Source: an uncultured Ruminococcus sp.
GTDB lineage: Bacteria > Bacillota > Clostridia > Oscillospirales > Ruminococcaceae
Length of the DNA: 64,000 nt
Reading direction: 5' to 3'
NCBI GenBank assembly: GCA_937907215.1
Contig: CALESG010000110.1
Coordinates: 4,635-68,634 of the forward strand
Part shown: piece by piece, positions 21,111 to 29,756 of the stretch
How positions within the stretch are numbered: the first letter of the stretch is position 1
Layout: each line of letters starts with the position of its first letter
Program-made: the position numbers and the translations under genes
Notes under the pieces: generated by a model
Database searches by the model: none
What the model was told of the DNA's origin: nothing
Seen by the model: the letters and a program-made list of their open reading frames with translations, nothing else

Positions 21111-23645
21111 ATGGCAGGACTTACAGGACGTGAAGCACAGGCACGTCTGCGTGCAGAAGGTGAAAATGCACTGGCACAAGGAAAGCAAACAAGTATCATG
21201 AAAATATTTCTCGGACAATTCCGAGATTTTATGGTAATGATCCTTCTTGTCGGTGCTGTTATAGCTGCACTTTTGGGTGAAGTTACTGATGCTGTCACTA
21301 TTATACTTATTGTTCTTTTAAATGCTATACTTGGATTTGTACAAGAATATCGCACCGAAAGAACACTTGAAGCACTAAGAAATATGACAGCACCAAAGGC
21401 AACGGTCTGCCGTGATGGAAAATGGCAAAAGCTCCCTGCAAGGCTGCTTGTATGCGGTGACTTGATTCGTATAGAAGCAGGTGACAATGTTCCGGCTGAT
21501 TGTGCTGTAACAGAAAGTCAAGGGCTTGCTGTTCAGGAATCAATTCTAACAGGTGAATCTGAACCAGTTTCCAAAACAGTCGTACAGCCGATGCCAAGTT
21601 CAAATGCTCTGCATCAGAAAGGTGTACTTTATTCAGGTACAGGTGTTCTGAAAGGAAGCGGTGAAGGAATAGTTATTGCAACAGGAGTAAATACTCAGAT
21701 GGGTAAAATATCTGAAAGCCTTTCTGATATTGAAGATTCTATGACACCATTACAGAAACGTCTTGCAGGACTTGGAAAAGTCGTTGGCTCTTTATGTATA
21801 GGCGTATGCATTGTGGTATTCTTAGCAGGCATTTTACGTGGCGAACCGTTTTTTGATATGATCATGACAGGTATAACCATAGCAATTGCAGCTATTCCAG
21901 AAGGTCTGCCTGCTACAGTAACAATAGCTCTTGCACTTGCTGTAAGCAGAATGAGGCAGCATAATGCACTTGTTAATCGTCTTCACAGTGTAGAAACTCT
22001 CGGCTGTGCAAATGTAATATGCTCCGATAAAACCGGAACAATTACGGAAAATAAAATGACGGTCACTGAAATAAGACTCCTCGGCGAATGTTTCAACGTA
22101 ACCGCAAACAGCATTGCCAAAGGCAGAGAAAACATCAGTGTAAATTCCAACACTGCCCTTTCAGAACTGCTTCACTGCGGAATATTATGCAGCACTGCAA
22201 CTGAAACAGAAGGAGATCCAACAGAAACTGCAATAATAACATCCGCAAAAAAAGCCGGTCTTAATGCAGAAAGAATAAGATCAAAATATCCACGAGTTTC
22301 AATAGAACCGTTCGACAGCGATAAAAAGTATATGAGAGTGACTGTTCGAAACGGTTCTAAAGAAAAGGTATATGTAAAAGGTGCTGCCGATGTTCTGCTT
22401 AAAATGTGCAAAAAATGTCTGCATAACGGAATTTGTACTGATCTTACACCAGAACTTTTGCAAGATATAGAGAGAGCTGCATCTGATATGTCTGACAAAG
22501 CACTGAGGGTCTTGGGATTTGCATATGGCGAAAATGATAATGAGCTTATCTTTGCCGGACTTTGCGGAATGGAAGATCCTCCACGAGCAGCTGCAAAAGC
22601 TGCTATACGCCTGTGCAGTCATGCAAAAATAAGAACTGTTATGATAACAGGCGATCATCCTAAAACAGCTTCTGCAATTGCAAAAAAAGCAGGCATTCAA
22701 AGAGCAGGTCATGTATTGACCGGTGTGCAAATCGATAACATGTCCGACAGTGAACTTGCGGCGGATGCTGACAGATATGGCGTGTTTGCAAGAGTCAGTC
22801 CTGCACACAAACTTCGTCTTGTAAGAGCATTTCAGGCAAATGGTGCTGTAGTTGCAATGACGGGCGATGGTGTAAACGATGCACCTGCAATAAAAGCTGC
22901 TGATGTAGGCGTTGCTATGGGAAAAGGCGGCACAGATGTGGCACGTCAGGCTGCCGATGTTGTATTGCTTGATGATAATTTTGAAACGCTTGTAAGTGCC
23001 GTAGAACAGGGACGATGCGTTTATGCGAATATAAGAAAATTCGTGCGTTACCTTCTCTCCTGCAATATAGGCGAAGTGGCAACGATGTTCCTTGGAATAC
23101 TTGTAGGAATGCCCACACCACTTCTGCCGGTGCAAATTCTTCTTGTAAATCTGGTAACAGATAGTTTGCCGGCAATTGCATTGGGTCTTGAACCGCCTGA
23201 TCCAGACGATATGTACTCACCGCCACGAAATAAAAATGATGGATTCTTTTCCGGCGGACTAATGCAAAAAATCGGACTTAGAGGCATACTAATAGGTCTT
23301 TGCACTCTTGGTTCATTCAGCACTGCCATGCGTTTAGAAGGTACTCTTGCAGGTGCAAGAACTGCCGCTCTCTGTACACTCATTCTCTCACAGCTTGTTC
23401 ATGTATTTGAATGCAAATCAGAGAAAAAGGGACTCTTCAACATAAGTTACACAAATAACATGAAACTTGTCGGTGCTGTCTTGATTTCATTTGCAGCACT
23501 TATCGCAGCCGTTCAAATACCGGTTATGCAAGTGATTTTCGGCACTGTTGCACTAAGTCCATTGGGATGGCTCTCTGCAATAGGATTTTCCATTGCCGTT
23601 CCTATATGTGCCTCACTTGCCCTTTCAGGCAGAAAATCAAAATAA
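21111..23645 (+). CDS. cation-translocating P-type ATPase (type IIA, Ca2+-like)
   Basis: TGES, IPEGLP, DKTGT, KGA, TGD, GDGVND motifs. Confidence 0.93.
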   Translation: MAGLTGREAQARLRAEGENALAQGKQTSIMKIFLGQFRDFMVMILLVGAVIAALLGEVTDAVTIILIVLLNAILGFVQEYRTERTLEALRNMTAPKATVCRDGKWQKLPARLLVCGDLIRIEAGDNVPADCAVTESQGLAVQESILTGESEPVSKTVVQPMPSSNALHQKGVLYSGTGVLKGSGEGIVIATGVNTQMGKISESLSDIEDSMTPLQKRLAGLGKVVGSLCIGVCIVVFLAGILRGEPFFDMIMTGITIAIAAIPEGLPATVTIALALAVSRMRQHNALVNRLHSVETLGCANVICSDKTGTITENKMTVTEIRLLGECFNVTANSIAKGRENISVNSNTALSELLHCGILCSTATETEGDPTETAIITSAKKAGLNAERIRSKYPRVSIEPFDSDKKYMRVTVRNGSKEKVYVKGAADVLLKMCKKCLHNGICTDLTPELLQDIERAASDMSDKALRVLGFAYGENDNELIFAGLCGMEDPPRAAAKAAIRLCSHAKIRTVMITGDHPKTASAIAKKAGIQRAGHVLTGVQIDNMSDSELAADADRYGVFARVSPAHKLRLVRAFQANGAVVAMTGDGVNDAPAIKAADVGVAMGKGGTDVARQAADVVLLDDNFETLVSAVEQGRCVYANIRKFVRYLLSCNIGEVATMFLGILVGMPTPLLPVQILLVNLVTDSLPAIALGLEPPDPDDMYSPPRNKNDGFFSGGLMQKIGLRGILIGLCTLGSFSTAMRLEGTLAGARTAALCTLILSQLVHVFECKSEKKGLFNISYTNNMKLVGAVLISFAALIAAVQIPVMQVIFGTVALSPLGWLSAIGFSIAVPICASLALSGRKSK

Positions 23646-23646
23646 A

Positions 23647-23814
23647 TTAGGTTGTGTTGCCACTAACATAATTTGCAGATTTTTGAGCAGAACTCCTGCA
23701 AAAACAAGGAGAGGAAACGCAGGCGGGACTGTAGTCCGGCAAGTTTTCCAAACGCAGTATGTGCAAAATTCTGCCAAAAATATGCGTTTTAGGCTTGGTG
23801 TCAACACACCCTAA
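23647..23814. repeat. MITE-like palindromic element, divergent member
   Basis: TIRs ttaggttgtgttgccactaa / ttggtgtcaacacaccctaa; internal gcagatttttgagcagaa...ttctgccaaaaatatgc; same length class as the other copies. Confidence 0.7.
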
Positions 23815-24662
23815 ATCGACTGAGCATCCGCAAATGTAAATTCGGGATGAAGTGCAAGGTTTATTCCACATGAGATCATACCAGCTGCGTGATCTATAAG
23901 TCTGTCAATATCTCTTGGCGTGACCATCATATTCGGACTGTCTTCCGGTATATCCTGCCCTGTAATTGCTCTTGCTACAGTATGCAGATCAACTACTGTA
24001 GGCACACCAATGGCAATTACAGGTATACCTAAGGTATGTTCTGACAGCTCCAGACGCTTATTATCAACGCCGCTTCCAGGGCATATTCCACTGTCACACA
24101 TTTGAATTGTTGTACCAAGCCTTGAAAGCTCGGCACACGCCAAGGCATCTATCGCTATAACTGCTGATGGATTTATTTTTTCACATACTGCTGAAATTAT
24201 TTCTGCTGTTTCCATTCCGGTCTGTCCCAGAACTCCGCTTTGGATAACACTGACAGGACGCAATGATCTAAGAAAATCGGCTTCTCCCTCTGCAAGTTCC
24301 TGTCTAAGATGACGTGTTGCCAAAATCTTTCCGGCTGCCCTAGGACCTAATGCATCCGGAGTAATGGCACTATTGCCAAGTCCGGCTATAAGAACCGGTC
24401 CATCTGACGGCAAAAATGAGGAAAGTTCAAGAGAAAACTCTTCTGTCATCTCCTGATAGTTATCTGAAAATCGGCTGAGTGCAGAAGTTTCAAGCGTAAG
24501 ATATTTACCTTTTGGTTTTCCTATTCGTCTGCCGCTTGAATCGCTGTCAATTCTTATATCTGTTATTCTAAATACGTTTCCTCTTATTGTACTGTGAATT
24601 CCACTATCATTATATGCATCTTGGCTTATTCTTTCAAGGGCAAGGTCAGTTCTTGCAGCCAT
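23811..24662 (-). CDS. gpr: germination protease (GPR endopeptidase)
   Basis: RTDLALE, GLGN..ITPDALGP, GVLGQTGMET, IDALA, IGVPTVVD, MVTPRDID; adjacent to and divergent from rpsT. Confidence 0.95.
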   Translation of the reverse strand: MAARTDLALERISQDAYNDSGIHSTIRGNVFRITDIRIDSDSSGRRIGKPKGKYLTLETSALSRFSDNYQEMTEEFSLELSSFLPSDGPVLIAGLGNSAITPDALGPRAAGKILATRHLRQELAEGEADFLRSLRPVSVIQSGVLGQTGMETAEIISAVCEKINPSAVIAIDALACAELSRLGTTIQMCDSGICPGSGVDNKRLELSEHTLGIPVIAIGVPTVVDLHTVARAITGQDIPEDSPNMMVTPRDIDRLIDHAAGMISCGINLALHPEFTFADAQSI

Positions 24663-24685
24663 TCTATCAGCTCCTTTTTTATATT

Positions 24686-25025
24686 AAAACCTGTATTCAT
24701 AAGATAATTCACATGTCTTTTTTACAAATTTTGCATATACCTGCACCAATAAAAGCTCACAATACGTCAGTATGCTTTAAGGCAACACCGCACAAAGCTC
24801 GCCTGATGGCTCTGTACGTTATCTGTTTGCATATTTCTTGTCATATTTTACAAAAAGCCTCGTGAATACACAAAGTATTCACTGCATTTTTTGTTTCACC
24901 TGACAATAAATCTGTCTGCACATCTGACATACAGTCTTTGTGCGGTGTTGCCTTCACTTTTTCACCTTGTCCTCTGAAACATCATGCTCAAAAATCCACA
25001 CATCTTGCCTATGAATACAGGTTCT
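24686..25025. repeat. MITE-like element (reverse orientation) interrupted by a nested element
   Basis: TIRs aaaacctgtattcata / tatgaatacaggttct; flanks align to the reverse complement of 6756-6919 once ~177 bp are removed. Confidence 0.8.
24779..24954. mobile_element. nested 176-bp MITE-like element
   Basis: Perfect 19-bp TIR aaggcaacaccgcacaaag / ctttgtgcggtgttgcctt; central hairpin gtgaatac-acaaa-gtattcac. Confidence 0.75.
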
Positions 25026-25095
25026 TAAAGAAATATTTGTGCGTTTTTACCGTAATTGGGGATAAAAAATCGTTATTTTATTTAAATAATAACTA

Positions 25096-25124
25096 TTGCA
25101 TTATTCTACAAATCGTGGTATAAT
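25096..25124 (+). promoter_or_regulatory. sigma-A promoter of rpsT
   Basis: TTGCAT-17bp-TATAAT with extended -10 TG. Confidence 0.75.
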
Positions 25125-25281
25125 AAGATTTAGTCATGATGCGATTAAACCCAATTGCATTGGCAAATGGTCGTACCATCTTGCAGGAAGCGGTACCGTG
25201 TCAATTCCGTTTCTATGATATGACTTTGCTTATCGGATATTCACGGAAAATCCGACCATAAAAAACAAGGAGGTGGCACAA

Positions 25282-25542
25282 ATGCCAAATATTAAATCTG
25301 CTAAGAAGAGAGTAAAGGTTATCAAGACTAAGACTGCACTCAACAAGTCAAGAAAGTCAAATATGAAGACTCTTATCAAGAAGGCTGATGCAGCTTGCAA
25401 AAACAACGCTGCTGATAAAGACGCTGCTATCAAGGTAGCTATCAAGCGTGTAGATCAGGCTTGCGCAAAGGGTCTTATGCACAAGAATGCTGCAGCTAGA
25501 AAGAAATCTCAGCTGATGAAGAAGCTGAATGCAGCTGGCTAA
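25282..25542 (+). CDS. rpsT: 30S ribosomal protein S20
   Basis: MPNIKSAKKR...HKNAAARKKS. Confidence 0.97.
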   Translation: MPNIKSAKKRVKVIKTKTALNKSRKSNMKTLIKKADAACKNNAADKDAAIKVAIKRVDQACAKGLMHKNAAARKKSQLMKKLNAAG

Positions 25543-25576
25543 GTCATTACTTAGTCTGTACTAAAGTATAAAAATT

Positions 25577-25611
25577 GGGCTGTTGCGTTAAATATCGCAG
25601 CAGCCTTTTTG
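25577..25611. terminator. rpsT terminator
   Basis: ggctgttgcg...cgcagcagcc followed by a T tract. Confidence 0.75.
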
Positions 25612-25629
25612 CAGTTCAAATAAAATTTA

Positions 25630-25860
25630 TTATAATTTATGATTTGATTTAGGATAAGGGATTTTTTCATCTGTTCTTCCCATAAGGTAATCAACACTAG
25701 TATTATAAAATTCAGCTAGAGATTGCCATACAAGACTTGGTATGTCATTTTCGCCCGTTTCATATTTGGAATAACCCGTTTGTGACATATTTAGATATTC
25801 AGCGATTTGCTTTTGAGTCAAATCAGCATCCTCTCTTAAATTACGTATCCTATTATGCAT
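25630..25860 (-). CDS. XRE-family HTH transcriptional regulator
   Basis: IRNLREDADLTQKQIAEYLNMSQTGYSKYETG. Confidence 0.9.
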   Translation of the reverse strand: MHNRIRNLREDADLTQKQIAEYLNMSQTGYSKYETGENDIPSLVWQSLAEFYNTSVDYLMGRTDEKIPYPKSNHKL

Positions 25861-25921
25861 AATTACTCTCCTAATTTATTTGATATAATTATATGATAAT
25901 CTGAAACAGGTTATAAGCAAA

Positions 25922-26149
25922 TTATTTTTTACTTTTGGGATATGGTTTTTTCTCATCAGTCAAGCCAAGCAAATAGTCCACACTGGTATTATAAAACTTA
26001 GCAAGTGCAACAAGCACTTCGGTTGGAATATCTCTTGTCCCAATCTCGTATCGGGAATATGTGACTTGTGTGCAGTGGAGATATTCCGCCAAATCACGCT
26101 GATATAAATCAGCGTCTTCACGTAAATTTCTAACTCTTTCGTACTGCAT
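25922..26149 (-). CDS. XRE-family HTH transcriptional regulator (paralog)
   Basis: VRNLREDADLYQRDLAEYLHCTQVTYSRYEIG; start after the AAGGAG RBS. Confidence 0.9.
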   Translation of the reverse strand: MQYERVRNLREDADLYQRDLAEYLHCTQVTYSRYEIGTRDIPTEVLVALAKFYNTSVDYLLGLTDEKKPYPKSKK

Positions 26150-26181
26150 ATCATCACTCCTTTTATGAAATATTATATAGC

Positions 26182-26226
26182 AAACCAAATTGGTATATTG
26201 ACATATAAACCGAATTGGTATATAAT
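26182..26226 (+). promoter_or_regulatory. consensus promoter with two repeated operator-like sites
   Basis: TTGACA(26198)-17bp-TATAAT(26221); aaacc(a/g)aattggtata at 26182-26197 and 26207-26222. Confidence 0.75.
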
Positions 26227-26249
26227 ATTTCAATGAAAGGTAGGATATT

Positions 26250-26450
26250 ATGATGATACAAAATTAATATGTAAGATATAAAAAAGCTTATTTTTGTTTG
26301 TTTTGTGCTATGTGTGATACTATTGAGCTTTTGGAAAGTATACTTACAGAAATTGATGTACAAAATGAAACGGCGAAGCTGCTGACAGCTGAGATTGAAC
26401 GTCTTAAAGCTGTACAGCAGCAAACAGAGGAATTTATTATATCAGACTAA
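26250..26450 (+). pseudogene. small helical protein interrupted by an in-frame TAA at codon 6
   Basis: RBS GAAAGGTAGGA then MMIQN*YVRYKKAYFCLFCAMCDTIELLE...QQQTEEFIISD*, directly downstream of a consensus promoter. Confidence 0.5.
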
Positions 26451-26456
26451 AATATA

Positions 26457-26807
26457 TCACTCTGCCCCAAGTCCAAAACTTATTTGCAGTGCGTTATTTA
26501 TTTGAGTCATAGAACCAGTATCAAGCGTTCCCATCTTGTCTTTAAGTCTGCGTTTGTCAATTGTACGTATTTGTTCCAAAAGAACAATGCTGTCCTTTGT
26601 AAGTCCGCACGAATCCGCACTTACCGGAATATGAGTAGGAAGCTTTGCCTTATCTTTCTGGCTGGTAATTGCTGCTGCGATTACTGTTGGACTGTGTCTG
26701 TTGCCAATATCATTCTGCACAATAAGTACGGGTCTAACTCCGCCCTGTTCAGAGCCTACTACTGGGCTGAGATCTGCGTAATAGATGTCGCCACGTCTGA
26801 CCATCAT
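26457..26807 (-). CDS. mazF: PemK/MazF (NdoA-type) mRNA interferase
   Basis: [32 protein letters not shown]...[10 protein letters not shown]. Confidence 0.95.
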   Translation of the reverse strand: MMVRRGDIYYADLSPVVGSEQGGVRPVLIVQNDIGNRHSPTVIAAAITSQKDKAKLPTHIPVSADSCGLTKDSIVLLEQIRTIDKRRLKDKMGTLDTGSMTQINNALQISFGLGAE

Positions 26808-26908
26808 ATATATTCACTCCTATTTAAGAATTATACTCTGTCTGGATTATGCCCTGTTATTACTATTTTATGCACTGTTTAAAGATAGGTGCAGAAAGGA
26901 ATTTTTTT

Positions 26909-27634
26909 ATGATAGAATTTTCAACGATTCACTTTGAAGAATTAGATTCAACAAATACAAAATGTATGTTACTTGCAAGAAATGGTGCCGCACATGGCAC
27001 AGTTGTAATTGCAGATCACCAAAGTGCTGGAAAAGGCAGACGTGGACGTTATTTCTGCTCGCCAAAGGGTGCCGGGCTTTATTGCAGTGTTTTAATTCGT
27101 GAAGGATTTAACATGGAAAATATAAATCTGATAACACCTTGTGCCGCTGTTGCTGCTGCCAAAGCTATTGAAGAATTATCTGGACACGAAACGAAAATCA
27201 AATGGGTAAATGATATTTTCATGGGCGGAAGAAAACTTTGTGGAATTCTTACAGAAGCGTCCTTGCCTGATTTTGCTGTTATAGGAATAGGTATAAATCT
27301 TTTGTATGTAAAAGACGAATTTACAGAAGAATTACATTCCATTGCAACATCTATTGAAGAGCAAACAGAAAAAGTTATAAAACCCATAGAAATGGAAAAG
27401 GCACTGCTGTTCCACCTTTCAAACGAACTTTCAAAACTCAGCAGCAAAGCATTCTTAAATGAATACAAAAAACGTTCTTTTGTAATAGGAAAAGAAATTG
27501 AAGTTCATTCCGGAAATAAAATTTACAATGCCAAAGCTATTGATATAGATGACAATGCTGGACTTATATTAGAATTGCCCGATAAAACAAAACAAACATT
27601 GATAACCGGTGAGGTGTCTATACGAATCAAATAA
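26909..27634 (+). CDS. birA: biotin-[acetyl-CoA carboxylase] ligase without HTH domain
   Basis: DSTN, QSAGKGRRGR, KWVND, KLCGIL, GIGIN. Confidence 0.92.
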   Translation: MIEFSTIHFEELDSTNTKCMLLARNGAAHGTVVIADHQSAGKGRRGRYFCSPKGAGLYCSVLIREGFNMENINLITPCAAVAAAKAIEELSGHETKIKWVNDIFMGGRKLCGILTEASLPDFAVIGIGINLLYVKDEFTEELHSIATSIEEQTEKVIKPIEMEKALLFHLSNELSKLSSKAFLNEYKKRSFVIGKEIEVHSGNKIYNAKAIDIDDNAGLILELPDKTKQTLITGEVSIRIK

Positions 27635-27639
27635 CAAGA

Positions 27640-27669
27640 AAAAGAGCCACAAAAATTTGTGACTCTTTT
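27640..27669. terminator. bidirectional terminator
   Basis: aaaagagccaca...tgtgactctttt between convergent genes. Confidence 0.7.
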
Positions 27670-27702
27670 ATTATAATAATTTAAATTATGATTATTATTC
27701 TA

Positions 27703-28590
27703 TTATTCCTTAACGCCACCCAGAGCAACGCCGCCAACGATAAACTTAGACAGGCAAAGGTAGATGATAACGATCGGAATTACAGACAGAGCAACAGCTG
27801 CATACTGTGCACCTACGTCAGGATGCTTATCCTGACCAAGTACGTTCTGAATCATGATAGGCATTGTGTAACGCTTTGTGTTACTCAAAATGATCATGTT
27901 CTGTGTGTAGTAGTTGTTCCAGTTCTGAACGAATGCAAATATAGCCTGTACTGCAATAGCAGGTTTACACATAGGAATTGCAATAGAAACAAATGTACGG
28001 AACTCTCCGCATCCATCGATTCTTGCTGCTTCTACTATATCCAGCGGGAATGAAGACTTCATATACTGACGCATATAGAATACAACAGCAGGAGCCGCAA
28101 TAGCCGGAAGAATAAGTGGAATATAAGAGTTTGCAAGACCCAGAGTACCAACCATAAACTGTACAAAACCTGTAGATGTTACCTGAACAGGAATCATCAT
28201 TACAGCAAGAATGATTGTATAAGCTGTGTCACGAACTTTGAAATTGTAAACAGTTAAACCGTATGAAGTCAGTGCAGAGAAGAATACAGTAAGAACTGTA
28301 GAGCAGCCTGCAATGATCAAGCTGTTTAAATAACCTGTCCAAACATTGAAGTCTGGGAACTGAGCCATTTCACCCTTGGAAATATTATAAAAGTTTGTAG
28401 AAAAATCGCCGCCAGGAATGAAGTTAATAGGATTGGTACTCAAGAAGAATCTGTCATGTGTAGCATTACATACCATTATCCACAGAGGGACAATACATAC
28501 TGCTGCAAGCAAAAGACAAACAATGAAACATCCTGCTGACTTAATTTTCTGAATCAACATATAATTCTTAGATACGCCAACATTTTCCAT
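27703..28590 (-). CDS. carbohydrate ABC transporter permease (MalG-like)
   Basis: EAARIDGC EAA motif; six TM segments. Confidence 0.92.
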   Translation of the reverse strand: MENVGVSKNYMLIQKIKSAGCFIVCLLLAAVCIVPLWIMVCNATHDRFFLSTNPINFIPGGDFSTNFYNISKGEMAQFPDFNVWTGYLNSLIIAGCSTVLTVFFSALTSYGLTVYNFKVRDTAYTIILAVMMIPVQVTSTGFVQFMVGTLGLANSYIPLILPAIAAPAVVFYMRQYMKSSFPLDIVEAARIDGCGEFRTFVSIAIPMCKPAIAVQAIFAFVQNWNNYYTQNMIILSNTKRYTMPIMIQNVLGQDKHPDVGAQYAAVALSVIPIVIIYLCLSKFIVGGVALGGVKE

Positions 28591-29621
28591 TATTCAATAC
28601 CTCCCATCTTTGCAAGCTTCTGTTCCTTTTTGTAAGCCTTGATCATTTCTTTACGCTCTTTCTTTTTACGAACTTCATCAGCGTCACGATTTGCACGGAA
28701 TACAAAAATACCCAGAATAGCTGTTACAATAAACAGCATGATGGAAGCTGCACCAGCAATACCATACTGTGGGCTATGTACGTTGTTACCAACACGGAAC
28801 TGTTCGTAAATAAATACGGCAACAGTACGCAGATGATCCTTGATATCGCCAGCAGCTGTATGATACAGGAACGGAATATCGAACATCTGGAGACCACCGA
28901 TCATAGAAGTGATCAATGTATAAACAACCATTGGTCTGAGCAAAGGAAGTGTGATCTTTCTCAAAACCTGACCACTGGATGCACCATCAATATTAGCTGC
29001 TTCAAACAGTGATGGGTTGATACCAAGAATACCAGACATCATCATGATCATAGTATTACCAAACCACAACCATGTTTGAATAAACATTACAATGCCACGG
29101 CTCCATGCTGCACTGTTCTCAAACTTGATAGCATTTTTACCCATGTTGTGCAGAATAACATTCATTGCACTTGTTTCACTGTTAGAAATGAAACGCATGA
29201 ACAGAGCTGCTACAGATACAGCAGTGATAATATTAGGCAAATACATAATTACCTTAAATGCGCCCTTGCCAGGAATATGCAGCTTAGAATCTGTAAACCA
29301 TACAGCAAGCAGCAAGGAAAGGAAGATCTGAGGAATAAAGTTACCTACCCAAAGAATGATAGTATTAATAAAAGACTGAGTAAATGTATTATGCAGTGAA
29401 GCTGCTCTACGATCACCAATACCAAAAAGCAGTGTCTGATAGTTCTCCATTGCTACAAAATCACTTGCAGCATTACCATTGCCTTTAAAACTTAAAATAA
29501 AAGTATTGATCAATGGCCAGATCTGAAAGAACAAATAGACAATGAAAAATGGTGCGATGAACATATAGCCGTACTTGGCATAACTAATAGACTTAATACG
29601 ACTTTGTGCTGTCGATGCCAT
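28590..29621 (-). CDS. carbohydrate ABC transporter permease (MalF-like)
   Basis: EAANIDGA...ITLPLLRP. Confidence 0.92.
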   Translation of the reverse strand: MASTAQSRIKSISYAKYGYMFIAPFFIVYLFFQIWPLINTFILSFKGNGNAASDFVAMENYQTLLFGIGDRRAASLHNTFTQSFINTIILWVGNFIPQIFLSLLLAVWFTDSKLHIPGKGAFKVIMYLPNIITAVSVAALFMRFISNSETSAMNVILHNMGKNAIKFENSAAWSRGIVMFIQTWLWFGNTMIMMMSGILGINPSLFEAANIDGASSGQVLRKITLPLLRPMVVYTLITSMIGGLQMFDIPFLYHTAAGDIKDHLRTVAVFIYEQFRVGNNVHSPQYGIAGAASIMLFIVTAILGIFVFRANRDADEVRKKKERKEMIKAYKKEQKLAKMGGIE

Positions 29622-29756
29622 TTTTAAACACGCCCTTTCAAAAATTTAGTAAAATAGTAGTAGAAAAATAGAAATAAAAATAAATATACACCTGCACAGC
29701 AGAATTTCGCCGTGCAGGTTGTACATTATTAAGTTAAGTTTGAATAATTATTTAAA

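Noticed and set aside
22299..23135. 278-aa antisense ORF, and similar ones at 4327-4893, 5769-6347, 20852-21487 and 53621-54265
   Set aside because: They lie opposite well-supported genes, with no recognisable motifs or RBS; shadow ORFs
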